From Spirochaetia bacterium (lineage in GTDB: Bacteria > Spirochaetota > Spirochaetia > DSM-2461), in contig CAXXIA010000002.1 in the NCBI GenBank assembly GCA_963666985.2, positions 1,408,001-1,472,000 of the forward strand: a stretch of DNA of 64,000 nt, written 5' to 3'. Of this stretch, positions 10,829 to 21,700 are shown one piece after another. Positions within the stretch are counted from its first letter, which is position 1; every line of letters starts with the position of its first letter. The notes beneath the pieces are model-generated. The model saw nothing but the letters and a program-made list of their open reading frames with translations. It had not been told where the DNA came from and did no database searches. A program made the translations under genes and the position numbers.

Positions 10829-11881
10829 TCAGATTTCCGGCCTCCAGGCACAACCCGAGACACAAGTTTCGGAAGCAAAATCTCCGGCTATTCGCCGATA
10901 AGCCGTCGGCATGGGTATTCCTTCCAGTTCGTCTGCGCCAATCCATGTACCCGAATAATCCGCCGCCCGAATACAAGCGTCTCCGGAAGCTCTAAAAACC
11001 CGGGGCAGCAGGGTCTCACGGTACCGGGTATAGGAATGAACGCGGGAAGGAAGTTCCTCTCCGGGAATCCACTGTTCCAGGCCTTCGATTTCATCTTCAG
11101 GCGGAAAAAACCACAAACCGCGGCCGATACCTTCGCTTCTTCGGCGCATCAGCACCCGCCCGCCGCTATAGAGCAGAGCCAGCTTCGTAATCATCCTAAC
11201 CGATTGGGCTTTCCGCCGGGCCGGGATTTCGTTTTGAAGGTTCTCCGAGCGGGCACGGCAGATTTCGCCCAAAGGACAGCGGGAGCAGTCGGGAGAACTC
11301 GGCGTGCAGACTTGCTGCCCGAGCTGCATAATCGCGGCATTCAGATCGCCGGGCCGCAGGGAAGGCATCAAGGTCTCCACATCGTTCCTGAAACGCGCAT
11401 CCAAGGCCGAATCCCAAGTGACTTGGGCCGCCAGTCTTTGCGCTATGCGGCGGCCGTTGGCGTCCACCGCCGCCCGTCTTTCGCCGAAACAAAAAGACGC
11501 TATCGCCGCGGCGGTGTAATCACCCACGCCCGGCAGCGCCTTCAGTCCGGAGAAGTTCTCGGGGATGCTCCCGCCGTGAGAATCCCGAACAACCCGGGCC
11601 GCGGCCGCGAGATTTCGGGCACGGCTGTAATATCCCAGCCCTTCCCATTCCCTCAAAACCTCCCGCTCGTCCGCTTGCGCCAAATCCTCGGGGCCGGGGA
11701 ACCGGTCCATCCAGCGGATATATCGGGGCTCCGCCGCGCTCACCGTGGTCTGCTGCAGCATTACCTCCGAAACCCAAACGGCCCAGGGATCGGCGGTCCG
11801 AGACCAGGGATAATCAATGCCGTATTCCGCGAACCAATCCAATAACGCACGGACGGATGCCTCATCAAGAAGAGAGTTCAA
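10829..11881 (-). CDS. mutY: A/G-specific adenine glycosylase
   Basis: WVSEVMLQQT, WEGLGYYSRARNL, HhH motif LPGVGDYTA and Fe-S motif CX6CX2CX5C; probable TTG start overlapping the RluA stop. Confidence 0.9.
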   Translation of the reverse strand: MNSLLDEASVRALLDWFAEYGIDYPWSRTADPWAVWVSEVMLQQTTVSAAEPRYIRWMDRFPGPEDLAQADEREVLREWEGLGYYSRARNLAAAARVVRDSHGGSIPENFSGLKALPGVGDYTAAAIASFCFGERRAAVDANGRRIAQRLAAQVTWDSALDARFRNDVETLMPSLRPGDLNAAIMQLGQQVCTPSSPDCSRCPLGEICRARSENLQNEIPARRKAQSVRMITKLALLYSGGRVLMRRRSEGIGRGLWFFPPEDEIEGLEQWIPGEELPSRVHSYTRYRETLLPRVFRASGDACIRAADYSGTWIGADELEGIPMPTAYRRIAGDFASETCVSGCAWRPEI

Positions 11882-12582
11882 CGCGTCTCTCCGTCCGTAT
11901 CCGGCAAATCCCGAAAAACATCCCAAACCGGATCGGAAGGCGGCGATGCGGTCAAAACCAGCGGTTCCTTGCGGACCGGATGATCAATAACGAGCCTCCG
12001 GGCGTGAAGATGAATGCCGCCGCCGGGGTTCGAACGCCTGGCGCCGTATTTCAAATCGCCCTTAATGGGACAGCCCATCCAGGAAAGCTGCGCGCGGATT
12101 TGATGATGGCGGCCGGTCAGAAGCTCCACTTCCAGCAGCCAATATCTGTCGGAAGCACCGAGATACCGGTAACGAAGACGGGCTTCCTTGGCGCCGGGAC
12201 TTCCGGGCTTGGCCCGGCGCGCGGTATTCGTCTTTCCGTCCTTGCGGAGCCAGTCTGTTAACTCACCGGCATCCGATGAAGGACGATTTTCCACAACGGC
12301 CCAATAAATCTTGGAAACCCGCCGGTCGCGGAAGGCCGCGGCCATCCGGGTAAGGGCCTTGGAGGTTTTGGCCAGCGCAAGAACACCGCTTGTCGGCCGA
12401 TCCAGGCGGTGGGGCAGTCCCAGAAAGATATTTCCCGGTTTGGAATCGCGTTCCTTGATATAGGCCTTTACCTCATCAAGCATGCACTCATCGCCGGTTC
12501 TGTCCCCCTGCGCCAGCATGCCGGGCGGCTTGTTCACGGCCAGAACGTGATTGTCTTCATAAATTATCTCAAAGGATGCCAT
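11878..12582 (-). CDS. RluA-family RNA pseudouridine synthase
   Basis: IIYEDNHVLAVNKPPG, HRLDRPTSG, TGRHHQIRAQ and GDLKYG motifs. Confidence 0.93.
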   Translation of the reverse strand: MASFEIIYEDNHVLAVNKPPGMLAQGDRTGDECMLDEVKAYIKERDSKPGNIFLGLPHRLDRPTSGVLALAKTSKALTRMAAAFRDRRVSKIYWAVVENRPSSDAGELTDWLRKDGKTNTARRAKPGSPGAKEARLRYRYLGASDRYWLLEVELLTGRHHQIRAQLSWMGCPIKGDLKYGARRSNPGGGIHLHARRLVIDHPVRKEPLVLTASPPSDPVWDVFRDLPDTDGETR

Positions 12583-12607
12583 AGGGAATATCCAGTGTAC
12601 GGAATGA

Positions 12608-14563
12608 TCAGTGATGACGCCAGAGGTCAATCAAAAGAACAACGGCGACAACTCCGGAAATGAGGAATCCGAGGACACCGATAACCGGAACACTGTAGAA
12701 CAGCGGAGGGATGCCCGATAGAACCAGAAGGGACGACCCCATAATCATCGCAGCAAGCAGAACCGCCGCCGCCAGCCGCGTCACCGTCCTTTTCACGGTC
12801 GAATCCAGTTTGTCCATATCCTTCAATGCGAATTCCACGCGGAATTTGCCGGATTTAAGGAGGCTCGTCATATCCTGCATCTCCCCCGGCAGATCCCTGA
12901 GAAACCTCACCGTATCGGAGGCGGCTCCGGCCGCCTGCTCGGCGATTCTGCCGGGACCGAGTTCCTTCCGAATCATTCGCTTCACGAAAGGCCGGGACGC
13001 ATGAAGAAAATCAAAATCCGGATTCAGAGTACAGGCAATATCTTCAATCGTAGCCAGAGCCTTCGCCAGAAGATAAAAATTCGTCGGGATTTCAATGTTG
13101 TACCGGCGGACCATATCGAAGAACGCGGCGATCATCTCCCCGATTTCCAGCCTGCCGAAAGGCCGGGAGAGATATCGTTCGATAATCATTTCAATATCGG
13201 AAGTCAGATGACGGACCGCATCCGGATCCCGCCGGCCGGACAAATTCTGAATGGCCCTGACCGCCCTGGGAGCATCGTTTCTGATGAGAGCCGAGAGGAG
13301 ATCGACCAGAAACAGACGCTGGCTGGGCAGGATGCTCCCGGCCTGACCGAAATCAAGAAAGGCGATAACACCTCCCTCCAAAACGAATATATTGCCTCCG
13401 TGGGGATCGGCATGAAAAAACCTGTGTTCGAAAATCTGCCGCAGTACGGCTTCGGCGCCGCGGCGTGCCAGCGCTTCGCAATCCACACCGGCCTTATCCA
13501 GCAGTTCTTCATCGCCGACGGGGATTCCGTCAAGCCATTCCATCGTCAGGATGCGCCGGCTCGAAAATTTTCGAAAGGGCTTCGGCGCCGTCACTTCGTC
13601 ATCATCGGCGAAATTCCGCCGAAAGGTTTCCAGATTGTCCGCTTCGTTCCGGAAATCAAGCTCGTAAAGCAGAGCCCGTTCCAGTTCGCGGACCGATTCG
13701 ACGGGATGGAATACCGCTAATGAGGGATTTCGTTTCTCGGCGATCCGGGCCATGTCCCGCAGAATGGCAAGATCGGCTTCGATGATTCGGCGGATGCCCG
13801 GCCGCTGAATTTTAACGGCAACCTGCGCACCCGGAACGGATTCTTGCCGGGAAGCGCTTGCCGCGTTCCGTTCATCGGGTTCCGCCGGGCCGGTCTTCGC
13901 CGTTTCATTCTCCGCGTTATTCGCACCGTCCGATGCGGTATCGCCCGATGCGGCCCCGCCGTTCCGCGTTACTTCACAGTCCGGATCGCTCTTCAGCCGC
14001 GCCCGGTAAACCTGGGCAATCGACGCCGAGGCCACGGGAACGGGATCGAAAAACTCGAAGATCTCTTCGGGAGGGGCGCCGAGATCTTTTTCAACGATCC
14101 GGCGGATACCTTCCGGACCGGCGGGAGGAACCTGATGCCGAAGCTTTCCGAATTCGACAATCCAGTCCCGAGGCAGAATGTCCGGCCTGTGGCTTAAGAG
14201 CTGTCCGCCCTTAATGAAGGTCGGTCCCAGTTCCTCCAGGGCCCGCCTCATCCTCTCCGGACGGCTCCAGGTTCGCCGGGCCCGGCGGGAGTCCCTGCCG
14301 GTGCCTCGAAGACGTCTGTAAACGCCGTGGTCAACTTTCCGAACCAAATCGCCGAATCCGTAACGAAGCAGGATGGAAAGAATCTCCGTGTATCGGGTCA
14401 TCCGGGTTAAGGCTTTTCCGATGAATCCCCTGCTTGTATAGCCGCCGAAGGAATTGTAATGCCGCTTGCGAAACGTACCCGATTCCGCCGAGGCCTCCGC
14501 GGAGGTCCATTCCGATTGATCGCCGAGGGGCGGCCGCGGTCCGTGGGAAGATTCGGATCTCAA
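12608..14563 (-). CDS. UbiB/AarF/ABC1 atypical kinase family protein
   Basis: LGPTFIKGGQ, ASASIAQVYRA, VAVKIQRP, FFHADPHGGN and LDFG motifs; two C-terminal TM helices. Confidence 0.92.
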   Translation of the reverse strand: MRSESSHGPRPPLGDQSEWTSAEASAESGTFRKRHYNSFGGYTSRGFIGKALTRMTRYTEILSILLRYGFGDLVRKVDHGVYRRLRGTGRDSRRARRTWSRPERMRRALEELGPTFIKGGQLLSHRPDILPRDWIVEFGKLRHQVPPAGPEGIRRIVEKDLGAPPEEIFEFFDPVPVASASIAQVYRARLKSDPDCEVTRNGGAASGDTASDGANNAENETAKTGPAEPDERNAASASRQESVPGAQVAVKIQRPGIRRIIEADLAILRDMARIAEKRNPSLAVFHPVESVRELERALLYELDFRNEADNLETFRRNFADDDEVTAPKPFRKFSSRRILTMEWLDGIPVGDEELLDKAGVDCEALARRGAEAVLRQIFEHRFFHADPHGGNIFVLEGGVIAFLDFGQAGSILPSQRLFLVDLLSALIRNDAPRAVRAIQNLSGRRDPDAVRHLTSDIEMIIERYLSRPFGRLEIGEMIAAFFDMVRRYNIEIPTNFYLLAKALATIEDIACTLNPDFDFLHASRPFVKRMIRKELGPGRIAEQAAGAASDTVRFLRDLPGEMQDMTSLLKSGKFRVEFALKDMDKLDSTVKRTVTRLAAAVLLAAMIMGSSLLVLSGIPPLFYSVPVIGVLGFLISGVVAVVLLIDLWRHH

Positions 14564-15027
14564 CCGGCGCCGCCTGTTCGGGATTCGGTGTTTTTCGAAG
14601 CATCTTCGCCGGGCGTATTACCAACGTCCGCCGGCCGGCCGCCGGCTTCCCGCTCCGAGCCGGATACGTTACCCAATCCGGCATTCCCGGAATCCGCCGA
14701 ATTAAGTCCTTCGGAATCACCTGTCGAAACACTTGCCGCCGCTTCCAGCTCCCTGATTCGCTTTTCCAAACGCTCCAATTCGCCGCGGGTCGCAAGATTC
14801 ATTCGCGATAAAGTTTTTTCAACCGCTTTATGGACCACCTCGTCGAGATTGCGCCTGGCGCTCTCGGCGTTGTTCTTAAGCTGCTCGGCCAAATGCCGCC
14901 CTTCGTTCTCGGTAAGTCCCCGCTCTTTCTTCAACGTATCAACGGCCTCATCCAGCTTTTCCTTGGTTAAAGCGGCGAGTCCAAGTCCCGTATATGCAGC
15001 CTGTTCAATGGCATCCCAAATTGACAT
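14560..15027 (-). CDS. Phasin-like small protein (usual partner of UbiB-family kinases)
   Basis: GLGLAALTKEK...LATRGELERLEKRI pattern; overlaps the kinase start; AGGAGG RBS. Confidence 0.75.
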   Translation of the reverse strand: MSIWDAIEQAAYTGLGLAALTKEKLDEAVDTLKKERGLTENEGRHLAEQLKNNAESARRNLDEVVHKAVEKTLSRMNLATRGELERLEKRIRELEAAASVSTGDSEGLNSADSGNAGLGNVSGSEREAGGRPADVGNTPGEDASKNTESRTGGAG

Positions 15028-15450
15028 ATCGATCCTCCTTCCACAGCCGAACTACGATTCAACACCGTCGAATCTCAAGCGCAAGCGGATGAACCGCAAA
15101 GCGGTTATGCATGATTGCCCTCTTGTACGGAGATGCTGCATCCATAGCTCGCGGATTCGCTCCGTACAAACCTCCGACCGGTGTCCTGCTCCGCTTCCGG
15201 ACAAATCTTTGCACTACCGCCGTTCGCGAACCGGACATACTTATAATAATCCCGTCCGTTAACGATAGGAAGGTTTTCCGAATGTCGGCCGCGGAGAAGT
15301 CTTCCGATTGCCATAATTTCACCGTTCCGTTGTCCGTTTTCAGCGGCCGACTCCGCCGATCGTTCGTATAAAAGCCGGATTTTCACCGAGCCGCGATCCT
15401 CCGCGGGCCGCGCCTCTTAATGTAATCGAAAATGCTGTACAATCTTAAGC

Positions 15451-15711
15451 GTGAACAATCAGGAACCGCCGGAATCACGACTGGACCGACTGGAATCGAT
15501 GCTGACGAAAAGAGAGCGCCGGGGAAACCGTCTCTGCTGGATACGGCCCAATCCCGATTCAACCTACGGGTATGAAATCGATGATGCCCGGGAAGACGTC
15601 CGGTGGATGGTGTTCGAACTCCGCAGACTTCAGGCGGAAAATACCGAGCTTCACGAATTCGTCGACAACTTCCGAAAAATAGTCGAATCGGAACTCGGCC
15701 CCGAGGAATAA
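15451..15711 (+). CDS. Hypothetical small coiled-coil protein
   Basis: 86-aa ORF with protein-like composition filling an intergenic gap; GTG start. Confidence 0.6.
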   Translation: MNNQEPPESRLDRLESMLTKRERRGNRLCWIRPNPDSTYGYEIDDAREDVRWMVFELRRLQAENTELHEFVDNFRKIVESELGPEE

Positions 15712-15793
15712 ATTTACGGTATAGCCGAAGCCTTCATGCCGGTTTTTTGCATCCGCAGCATCATAAAGCGGAAGCCGGACAATGCCGTCGGGA

Positions 15794-16282
15794 TTATGCC
15801 CCGCAGCACTTCTTGTATTTTTTCCCGCTCCCGCAGGGACAGGGATCGTTGCGTCCGATTTTAGGATTATCCCTCTTTTGAGGGTTGTTGATCATCTTCG
15901 CGTCTTTGAAGTACCAGCAGCCGTCGGCCTTCTCGAAGGAACTGAGTTCATGATGGGTTACAATCGCCCGGTCCGCGCCGCGGTATTTCGCCGAAAACTC
16001 GACGGTACCCTTGTCGTCGGACTCGCCTCCGCCGACGAGATTGAGAATCTCAAGACCCATCCATTCGGATTCCTTGGCCCATTTCTCCGTGGCGTCTCTG
16101 GAGATCTCCTCACGTCCGTCGGGATGATGGGTTTCAAGGATGTAGTCCACCGCACCTTTTACATAGGCTGTGTAGCGGGATCGCATCAGGGCTTCCGCCG
16201 TCGGGGCTGAAACGCCGCCTTCGATGTAGGGCTTACAGCATTTGGAATAGGCGGAACCGCTTCCGCAAGGGCAACCGGCCAT
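15794..16282 (-). CDS. YchJ family protein with N- and C-terminal SEC-C motifs
   Basis: CPCGSG...[25 protein letters not shown] and [27 protein letters not shown] before 16282. Confidence 0.92.
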   Translation of the reverse strand: MAGCPCGSGSAYSKCCKPYIEGGVSAPTAEALMRSRYTAYVKGAVDYILETHHPDGREEISRDATEKWAKESEWMGLEILNLVGGGESDDKGTVEFSAKYRGADRAIVTHHELSSFEKADGCWYFKDAKMINNPQKRDNPKIGRNDPCPCGSGKKYKKCCGA

Positions 16283-16458
16283 GGAAACCTCCTCCGGGAT
16301 AACCGCGCCGATATTCCCGTTCCGGCGGCCCCGGTTCATTCGGGCCAAAGAATATCGCCTTCCCGGAAACGGGGCAAGGGAGGAGTGAAAAACGGATGAT
16401 TCGGATAATTCGCCGACATCGCATCTGCCGGCAATCCCGAAATCACCGGCGGAATGAA

Positions 16459-18708
16459 TCATCGCTTCCCGGCCGCCCACCGGCGAATCCGCGAATGCCG
16501 CACCACACCCCGCCCCAGAGCCGCATCGACAACTCCGGTGTCGGCATAGAGATAAACACGGCTTCTGGCCCGAGTAAAAGCCGTATACAGAATCTCCCGG
16601 GAAAGCAGACGCTCGGCACCTTCGGGCAAAACAATGGTAACCCTGTTGAACTCCGATCCCTGGCTTTTATGGATGGTTTGCATCCACGCCGGTTCCCAGC
16701 CCGGCAGAGCCGCGAGCGGGAACGTACGGAATCCGCCTGATTCGGGGAAACGGGCCCTCAGCCGCCCTTCTTCCCTAACAATCACTCCCCGGTCTCCGTT
16801 CCAGAGACCTCGCCGAGGATCGTTTCCTGTAACAACCACGGGCATTCCCGCAAAAGGCGATATCGTGCCGCCGAGAGCCGCGGACACGCGATTGTTCATC
16901 GCCGCTACTCCCCAGACGCCCCGGCGGAGCGGCGAGAGAACGGTATGATGTTCCATAAGGGAAAAAAGCTCGGCTGTATCCGTTCGATTGTTTTCAGCTT
17001 TCTCAACCAGGTCGCGATAGATATCGGAAATGATCTCCGCCATGCCCGCGGGTGATTCGAGCGTATGGATGCGGACGCCGTCCCGCTCATCATCGCCGTC
17101 TCCGCTCTTCTCATCCGTTTCACGGCAGGCCGCGGCCAGCGCTTCGGAATCGCCGGATCGCACGGCATCGGCGGCTTCAAGCACGGCGGTTGATGATCGG
17201 TAAACCTTAGTCAGCCGCTCGGTTACAGCCGCCAAACGCCCATCTTTCGCCGAAAGCAAGTCGCCGAGAAGAGCACCGGCCTCCACCGACGGGAGCTGAT
17301 CCGGGTCGCCGACAAGCAGCAATGGCGCCGTTTCCGGCATGGCCTTAAGCAGTGAAAGCATCATGGCCGCGTCGACCATGGACGCCTCATCCACAATCAC
17401 CAGAGCGGCATCCAGCGGCCTTTCTTTGTTCCTCAGAGGCGGCCGTCCGGGACGCATTTCCAGCAGACAGTGAAGAGTTCTGGCCGTGTATTCCGAGCGC
17501 ACGCTTCCGGCGGCCGCCAATCCGTCGGTCATCCGAGCGGCCGCGCGTCCGGTAGGAGCGGCAAGGGCCGCCTTCAGCGGAACAGGGGCCGCCGAATCGG
17601 CTCCAACTTCGCAATCCGCAGCCGCAGCACCGGCCGCACTCGGATTAACGGCCTCGGCGCCGGCGCCCGTAACCGCTTCCAATGCTTCAGCCCGCCCCTT
17701 TTCCAGAAGCCCCAGCAGCGCGGCCACTGTCGTGGTCTTCCCCGTTCCCGGTCCGCCGGAAAGCAGAATCAGCCTTCGGCCCTCGGCCAAAAGCTTCGCC
17801 AAACGGCCGGCGGCATTCTCCGGCAAATCGGCCGGCAGCGGAAACACGGATCCGCCGATCGCTCTCCCGACCGCTCCCCCGCAGTCCGCGACGGAGCCCG
17901 ACTCCGCTCCCGGTCCTCCCCCGGCGCCGCTCCCATCCGCCGCTGAGCATCCGGTCGGCGAATCACCCGCCGAATCTCCTGCCGCAGAACTCGGAGCTGC
18001 GCCCGCGTCATGTCCCGCCGCGCCCCCCCCCGCCGACAAACCATCCGCCGAACCCAGCCGCCGCTCCAGGCATTCCAGAAGCTCGTCTTCCAGCCGCCGC
18101 CGCCGCAGGAAATACAGATACCGCTTATCATGACTCAAAACCATGGGAGGCCGGGGAACATCGAAAGAGTCGGCCGCCGCGTCCTCTCCGTCCAAAACGC
18201 CCCAGAGGCCGCTCTCAAGCGCCGCATTCGTCAACGCCTCCACGGCACCTCCGATTACTTCGGGAAGATCGGGATTGAAACCCGGAACCGAAGCGGCCTC
18301 CGCCGTGTACCATTCACGCATCTCTTCGGCAACGGCGGAAAGATCGGTTCGCAGATGGCCCCCTCCCGCCTGCACCGCGGCATGCAAAAGCAGCCACCGA
18401 ATGAGTTCGGCGGCATCCGCGCCATCCGCATCATCCGCACCGAAAAAATCGCCCTCATCGCCGCCGAAACGAGTGCCGCCCTCACCACTTCCGGACTGAA
18501 TGCCGACCGCCTCACCCCCGAGCCGATTGCCGTTTTCCCGGCCGCCACAGGGCCAACCATCCCCGGGACTATTCTCGCCCTCACCACCACCGCCGGCGCG
18601 ACCACCGGCCTCCATATATCGCGACACCAAATCATCGGCCAGGTACATCCGGAAGGGTGAAATCCCAAGCTTATCCCCAATCCGCGAGAAGTCGCCCTGC
18701 CGCGTCAT
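16459..18708 (-). CDS. recD: Exodeoxyribonuclease V alpha subunit
   Basis: [39 protein letters not shown] and LYTAFTRA motifs; follows recB. Confidence 0.92.
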   Translation of the reverse strand: MTRQGDFSRIGDKLGISPFRMYLADDLVSRYMEAGGRAGGGGEGENSPGDGWPCGGRENGNRLGGEAVGIQSGSGEGGTRFGGDEGDFFGADDADGADAAELIRWLLLHAAVQAGGGHLRTDLSAVAEEMREWYTAEAASVPGFNPDLPEVIGGAVEALTNAALESGLWGVLDGEDAAADSFDVPRPPMVLSHDKRYLYFLRRRRLEDELLECLERRLGSADGLSAGGGAAGHDAGAAPSSAAGDSAGDSPTGCSAADGSGAGGGPGAESGSVADCGGAVGRAIGGSVFPLPADLPENAAGRLAKLLAEGRRLILLSGGPGTGKTTTVAALLGLLEKGRAEALEAVTGAGAEAVNPSAAGAAAADCEVGADSAAPVPLKAALAAPTGRAAARMTDGLAAAGSVRSEYTARTLHCLLEMRPGRPPLRNKERPLDAALVIVDEASMVDAAMMLSLLKAMPETAPLLLVGDPDQLPSVEAGALLGDLLSAKDGRLAAVTERLTKVYRSSTAVLEAADAVRSGDSEALAAACRETDEKSGDGDDERDGVRIHTLESPAGMAEIISDIYRDLVEKAENNRTDTAELFSLMEHHTVLSPLRRGVWGVAAMNNRVSAALGGTISPFAGMPVVVTGNDPRRGLWNGDRGVIVREEGRLRARFPESGGFRTFPLAALPGWEPAWMQTIHKSQGSEFNRVTIVLPEGAERLLSREILYTAFTRARSRVYLYADTGVVDAALGRGVVRHSRIRRWAAGKR

Positions 18709-21700
18709 GAGATCACCCCCTCCAAACCCATGGAAGAAGCCAATGAAAGCATGCGCTCCAACTCCGGTTTATTCACATCGACGCCCTGGGAGTCTCCTTC
18801 CCGCATGCCGCGAACAAAAAGATACGCCGCCCCCCCGATTTCATTCTCCCAGTCGACCGCCCCGCCCCGCCGGGCGGAGAGGGTGCGGCAAAGAGCCAGA
18901 AGGTAAATCTCGGATTGCAATCGATAATGATGATGCTCCATCAGCGCCGCGCAGCCGGAACCGTCATAGGCATCGACGCTCAGCGACCCCATCGGGAGAT
19001 TCGTTTTCCAGTCCAGAACCCACCAGGAATCCCCGGTTCGAATCAAAAGATCGATAAAGCCCTTCAGGTAGCCGTTCTTCAAAAAGAGTTTTTGATCGGC
19101 CACCGGAAGGTTCGCATCCCGCGGAACGCTCATCAAAAACTCCACTTCGGCTCTGCGGAACCGGGCGTCGATGTCGCACAATCTCCCAATCCCCGGTATG
19201 GAACACCGCAGAACGGAACGAACCAGGGCCTTCAGCGGCTGCGACCGATACCGGTACCATTCGGGCGGATAGTAGCGCCGTGAAATCTCCTCGAAAAGCC
19301 GGTCGCGTTTTTTATCCTCGAACCATGCGGATTCGTCCCCGGCCGCGGCCTGAAAATCACATTCCTCAAAAAGAGCGTGAATCAGGGTTCCGAATAGAGC
19401 CCCCCGGTCCTCCGGCAGGGGTACCGTCTCTTCTTTATTGATCCCGACTGCCTCGTCGGCGGAAAGAATCGTACCGCTATCCGCGGCGTCCGCTCCCACC
19501 GCATTGACGGCGGCGCCGTATGTTCCGGCACCCTCCGTCGGCATCGCCCCAACATCTTCATCAGCCGCATCCACGTCCCTGTCCCGAAGCTCACCCTTTC
19601 CGGCGATTCCCGCGCCCGGGGCCGCCGCGCCGTCTTCGGAGTCGTGAAGCAATCGAACCAAAGAGGTGTAGCTGTTGGTTTGAGGATCCCGATCCCCGCA
19701 CGGTCCCGGCGGAAGCGGTGCCGCTTTCGGCGGAGCCGTCGGACTCACCGGCAGCGACGGCGGCGGGCTTATATCCCCGATGGCCAGAGACACTCCCGAT
19801 TCGGGATCGGCCGCCAGATTCTCCAGTTTCGCGGACAGCTTCTCCCGGAAAACCGGAACATCCTTCCGGGCCGTAACGGTCAGATGCGGCGGCAGGGAAA
19901 GACGTCCCGCCGAAGGTGCGGCGGCGGCACTTCCCGGACTGCTTTGTCCGGTGCCGCCGGAAGCGGCGACTTCCCAGCCGGCATCTTCGGTCCATCCGGC
20001 CGCGCCGAAGGCTTGAGAGTCGGCAGTTATTCCGCTTTCAGCTGCTGAATCCGCAATCCCGCTTGCCGAATTTTCAGCAGCTTTCCCGCCGCTCATCTCT
20101 TCGGCCGCCGCCGCATCACCCTCGGATAACGCCGCATCCAGAAAGGACTCCACAGCCAAAACCGAACCGCTCATTGTCGGCCGGGGCAGCCAGATTTTGG
20201 TCGATGCCCGGGTGAAGGCCACATACCAAAGCCTCTTCTCCTCTTCCCATTCATAGGCGAGATTCTTCAGCTTGTTTTCCTTTCTGTGCAGCCTGTCGAT
20301 GACCAGCCTGCCGTTCTCCTCAAATCGATAAGGATTCTCCGAAGGAGCCGCTCGATTGCTTTTATATCCGCCGTGTAGGAAGACCAGCGGAAATTCCAAA
20401 CCCTTCGCCGTATGCATGGTCATCACGCGGACCGACGGTTCTTCACTCGCAAGCCGCACGGCATCCTCCCGGCCTTCCGGGTCCCCGGAACTTCCATCTC
20501 TGCGTATCCGGCGGACAAGAGAGTGAATATCGTTCATTCCTGCCGCCTGATTCGCCTGGATCAGTTCCAGGATATGACGCCAATCGTTCCAGGAGCGAAG
20601 ACCGCCGGGCGACGTTAAAAGACGATGTTCCCATGGCCGCCCAAGCCGCCGCGACTGATCGGACCGCCCTTCTTCGGCCGCCCAATCTCCCATATGCCGG
20701 GCAAAACGGAAAAAGTCATCAAAAACCTCGGCCGAACGGCCGTCCCGGAACAAAAGCCGCCACTGCCCGCCGCGTTCCACGAACGCATCCAGGCGGCCCG
20801 CATCCTCAAACTTTTTCAGAAGATCGGGAGGAACGCGGAAACAATCCCCAAGCAAAACCGATCGCCAGCGCGCGATGTTATGAGGCTCCTCGAAGGCCTC
20901 CATCAAAACGGCGGCGATTTCAGCTTCCGGACGGTCAAGAACCGACAGACTCCGTATTCTCTGCGCCGGAATCCCGGCACAGAGCAAACTCTCCAGCAGC
21001 ATCTCTTCATCGTCCCTGCCCCGTGTAAGTACGGCGATGTCGGACGGCCGTACCGGCTCTTCCGATCCGTCATCAGCGCGCCGCCATCGGGCTCCCGAAT
21101 CCGGATCCAGAATCCTGCGGATCTCGGAAACAATCGCCGCGGAGGCCGAGGATTTCACTTCTTCAACCTTATCGCCGGGGATATCCAACAGAGTCAGCGG
21201 CGCATGGTCATGCCAAAGCAGTTCATCATTCTTCGTCTTTCCGGCGGCCACGGGGGTAAAACCCAGCGTCCGGGAACCGTCGGAACTCCGGCTGAACACC
21301 GGAGAAAAAAGACGATTCACCAGGGACACAAGAGGAGGTTTCGAGCGGTAATTCGTCCCGAGTCTGAAAAGTCCGGCCTGTGGAACAACATCCCGGGCAT
21401 CCGAATAGGCCCGTAAATCGGTACCTCGGAATCCATAAATACTCTGCTTGGGATCGCCGATCAGACAAAGAAAATGATCGGATGTATGAAAAATATCCCG
21501 GAACAGTCCCCACTGCAGAGGATCGGTATCCTGGAATTCATCAATCAAAGCGGCCCTGTAGCGGCCGCGAAGCAGCCTTTTCAAAGAAGACCCCGGTTCG
21601 GCAACAGCTTCAACAACCCGGTTAATCAAGTCCGCATAGCTCCATTCTCCGCTGCGATTCTTGAGGTTTTCAACCCTCTCGGAAACTTCTTTCTTCGCGA

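Noticed and set aside
8700..11845. Long + strand ORFs (426, 377, 386 aa)
   Set aside because: Antisense to dctP, tatT and mutY; Arg/His-rich, non-protein-like composition.
19030..19050. GGTTCGAATC tRNA T-loop-like motif
   Set aside because: Lies within recB (antisense) and has no cloverleaf.
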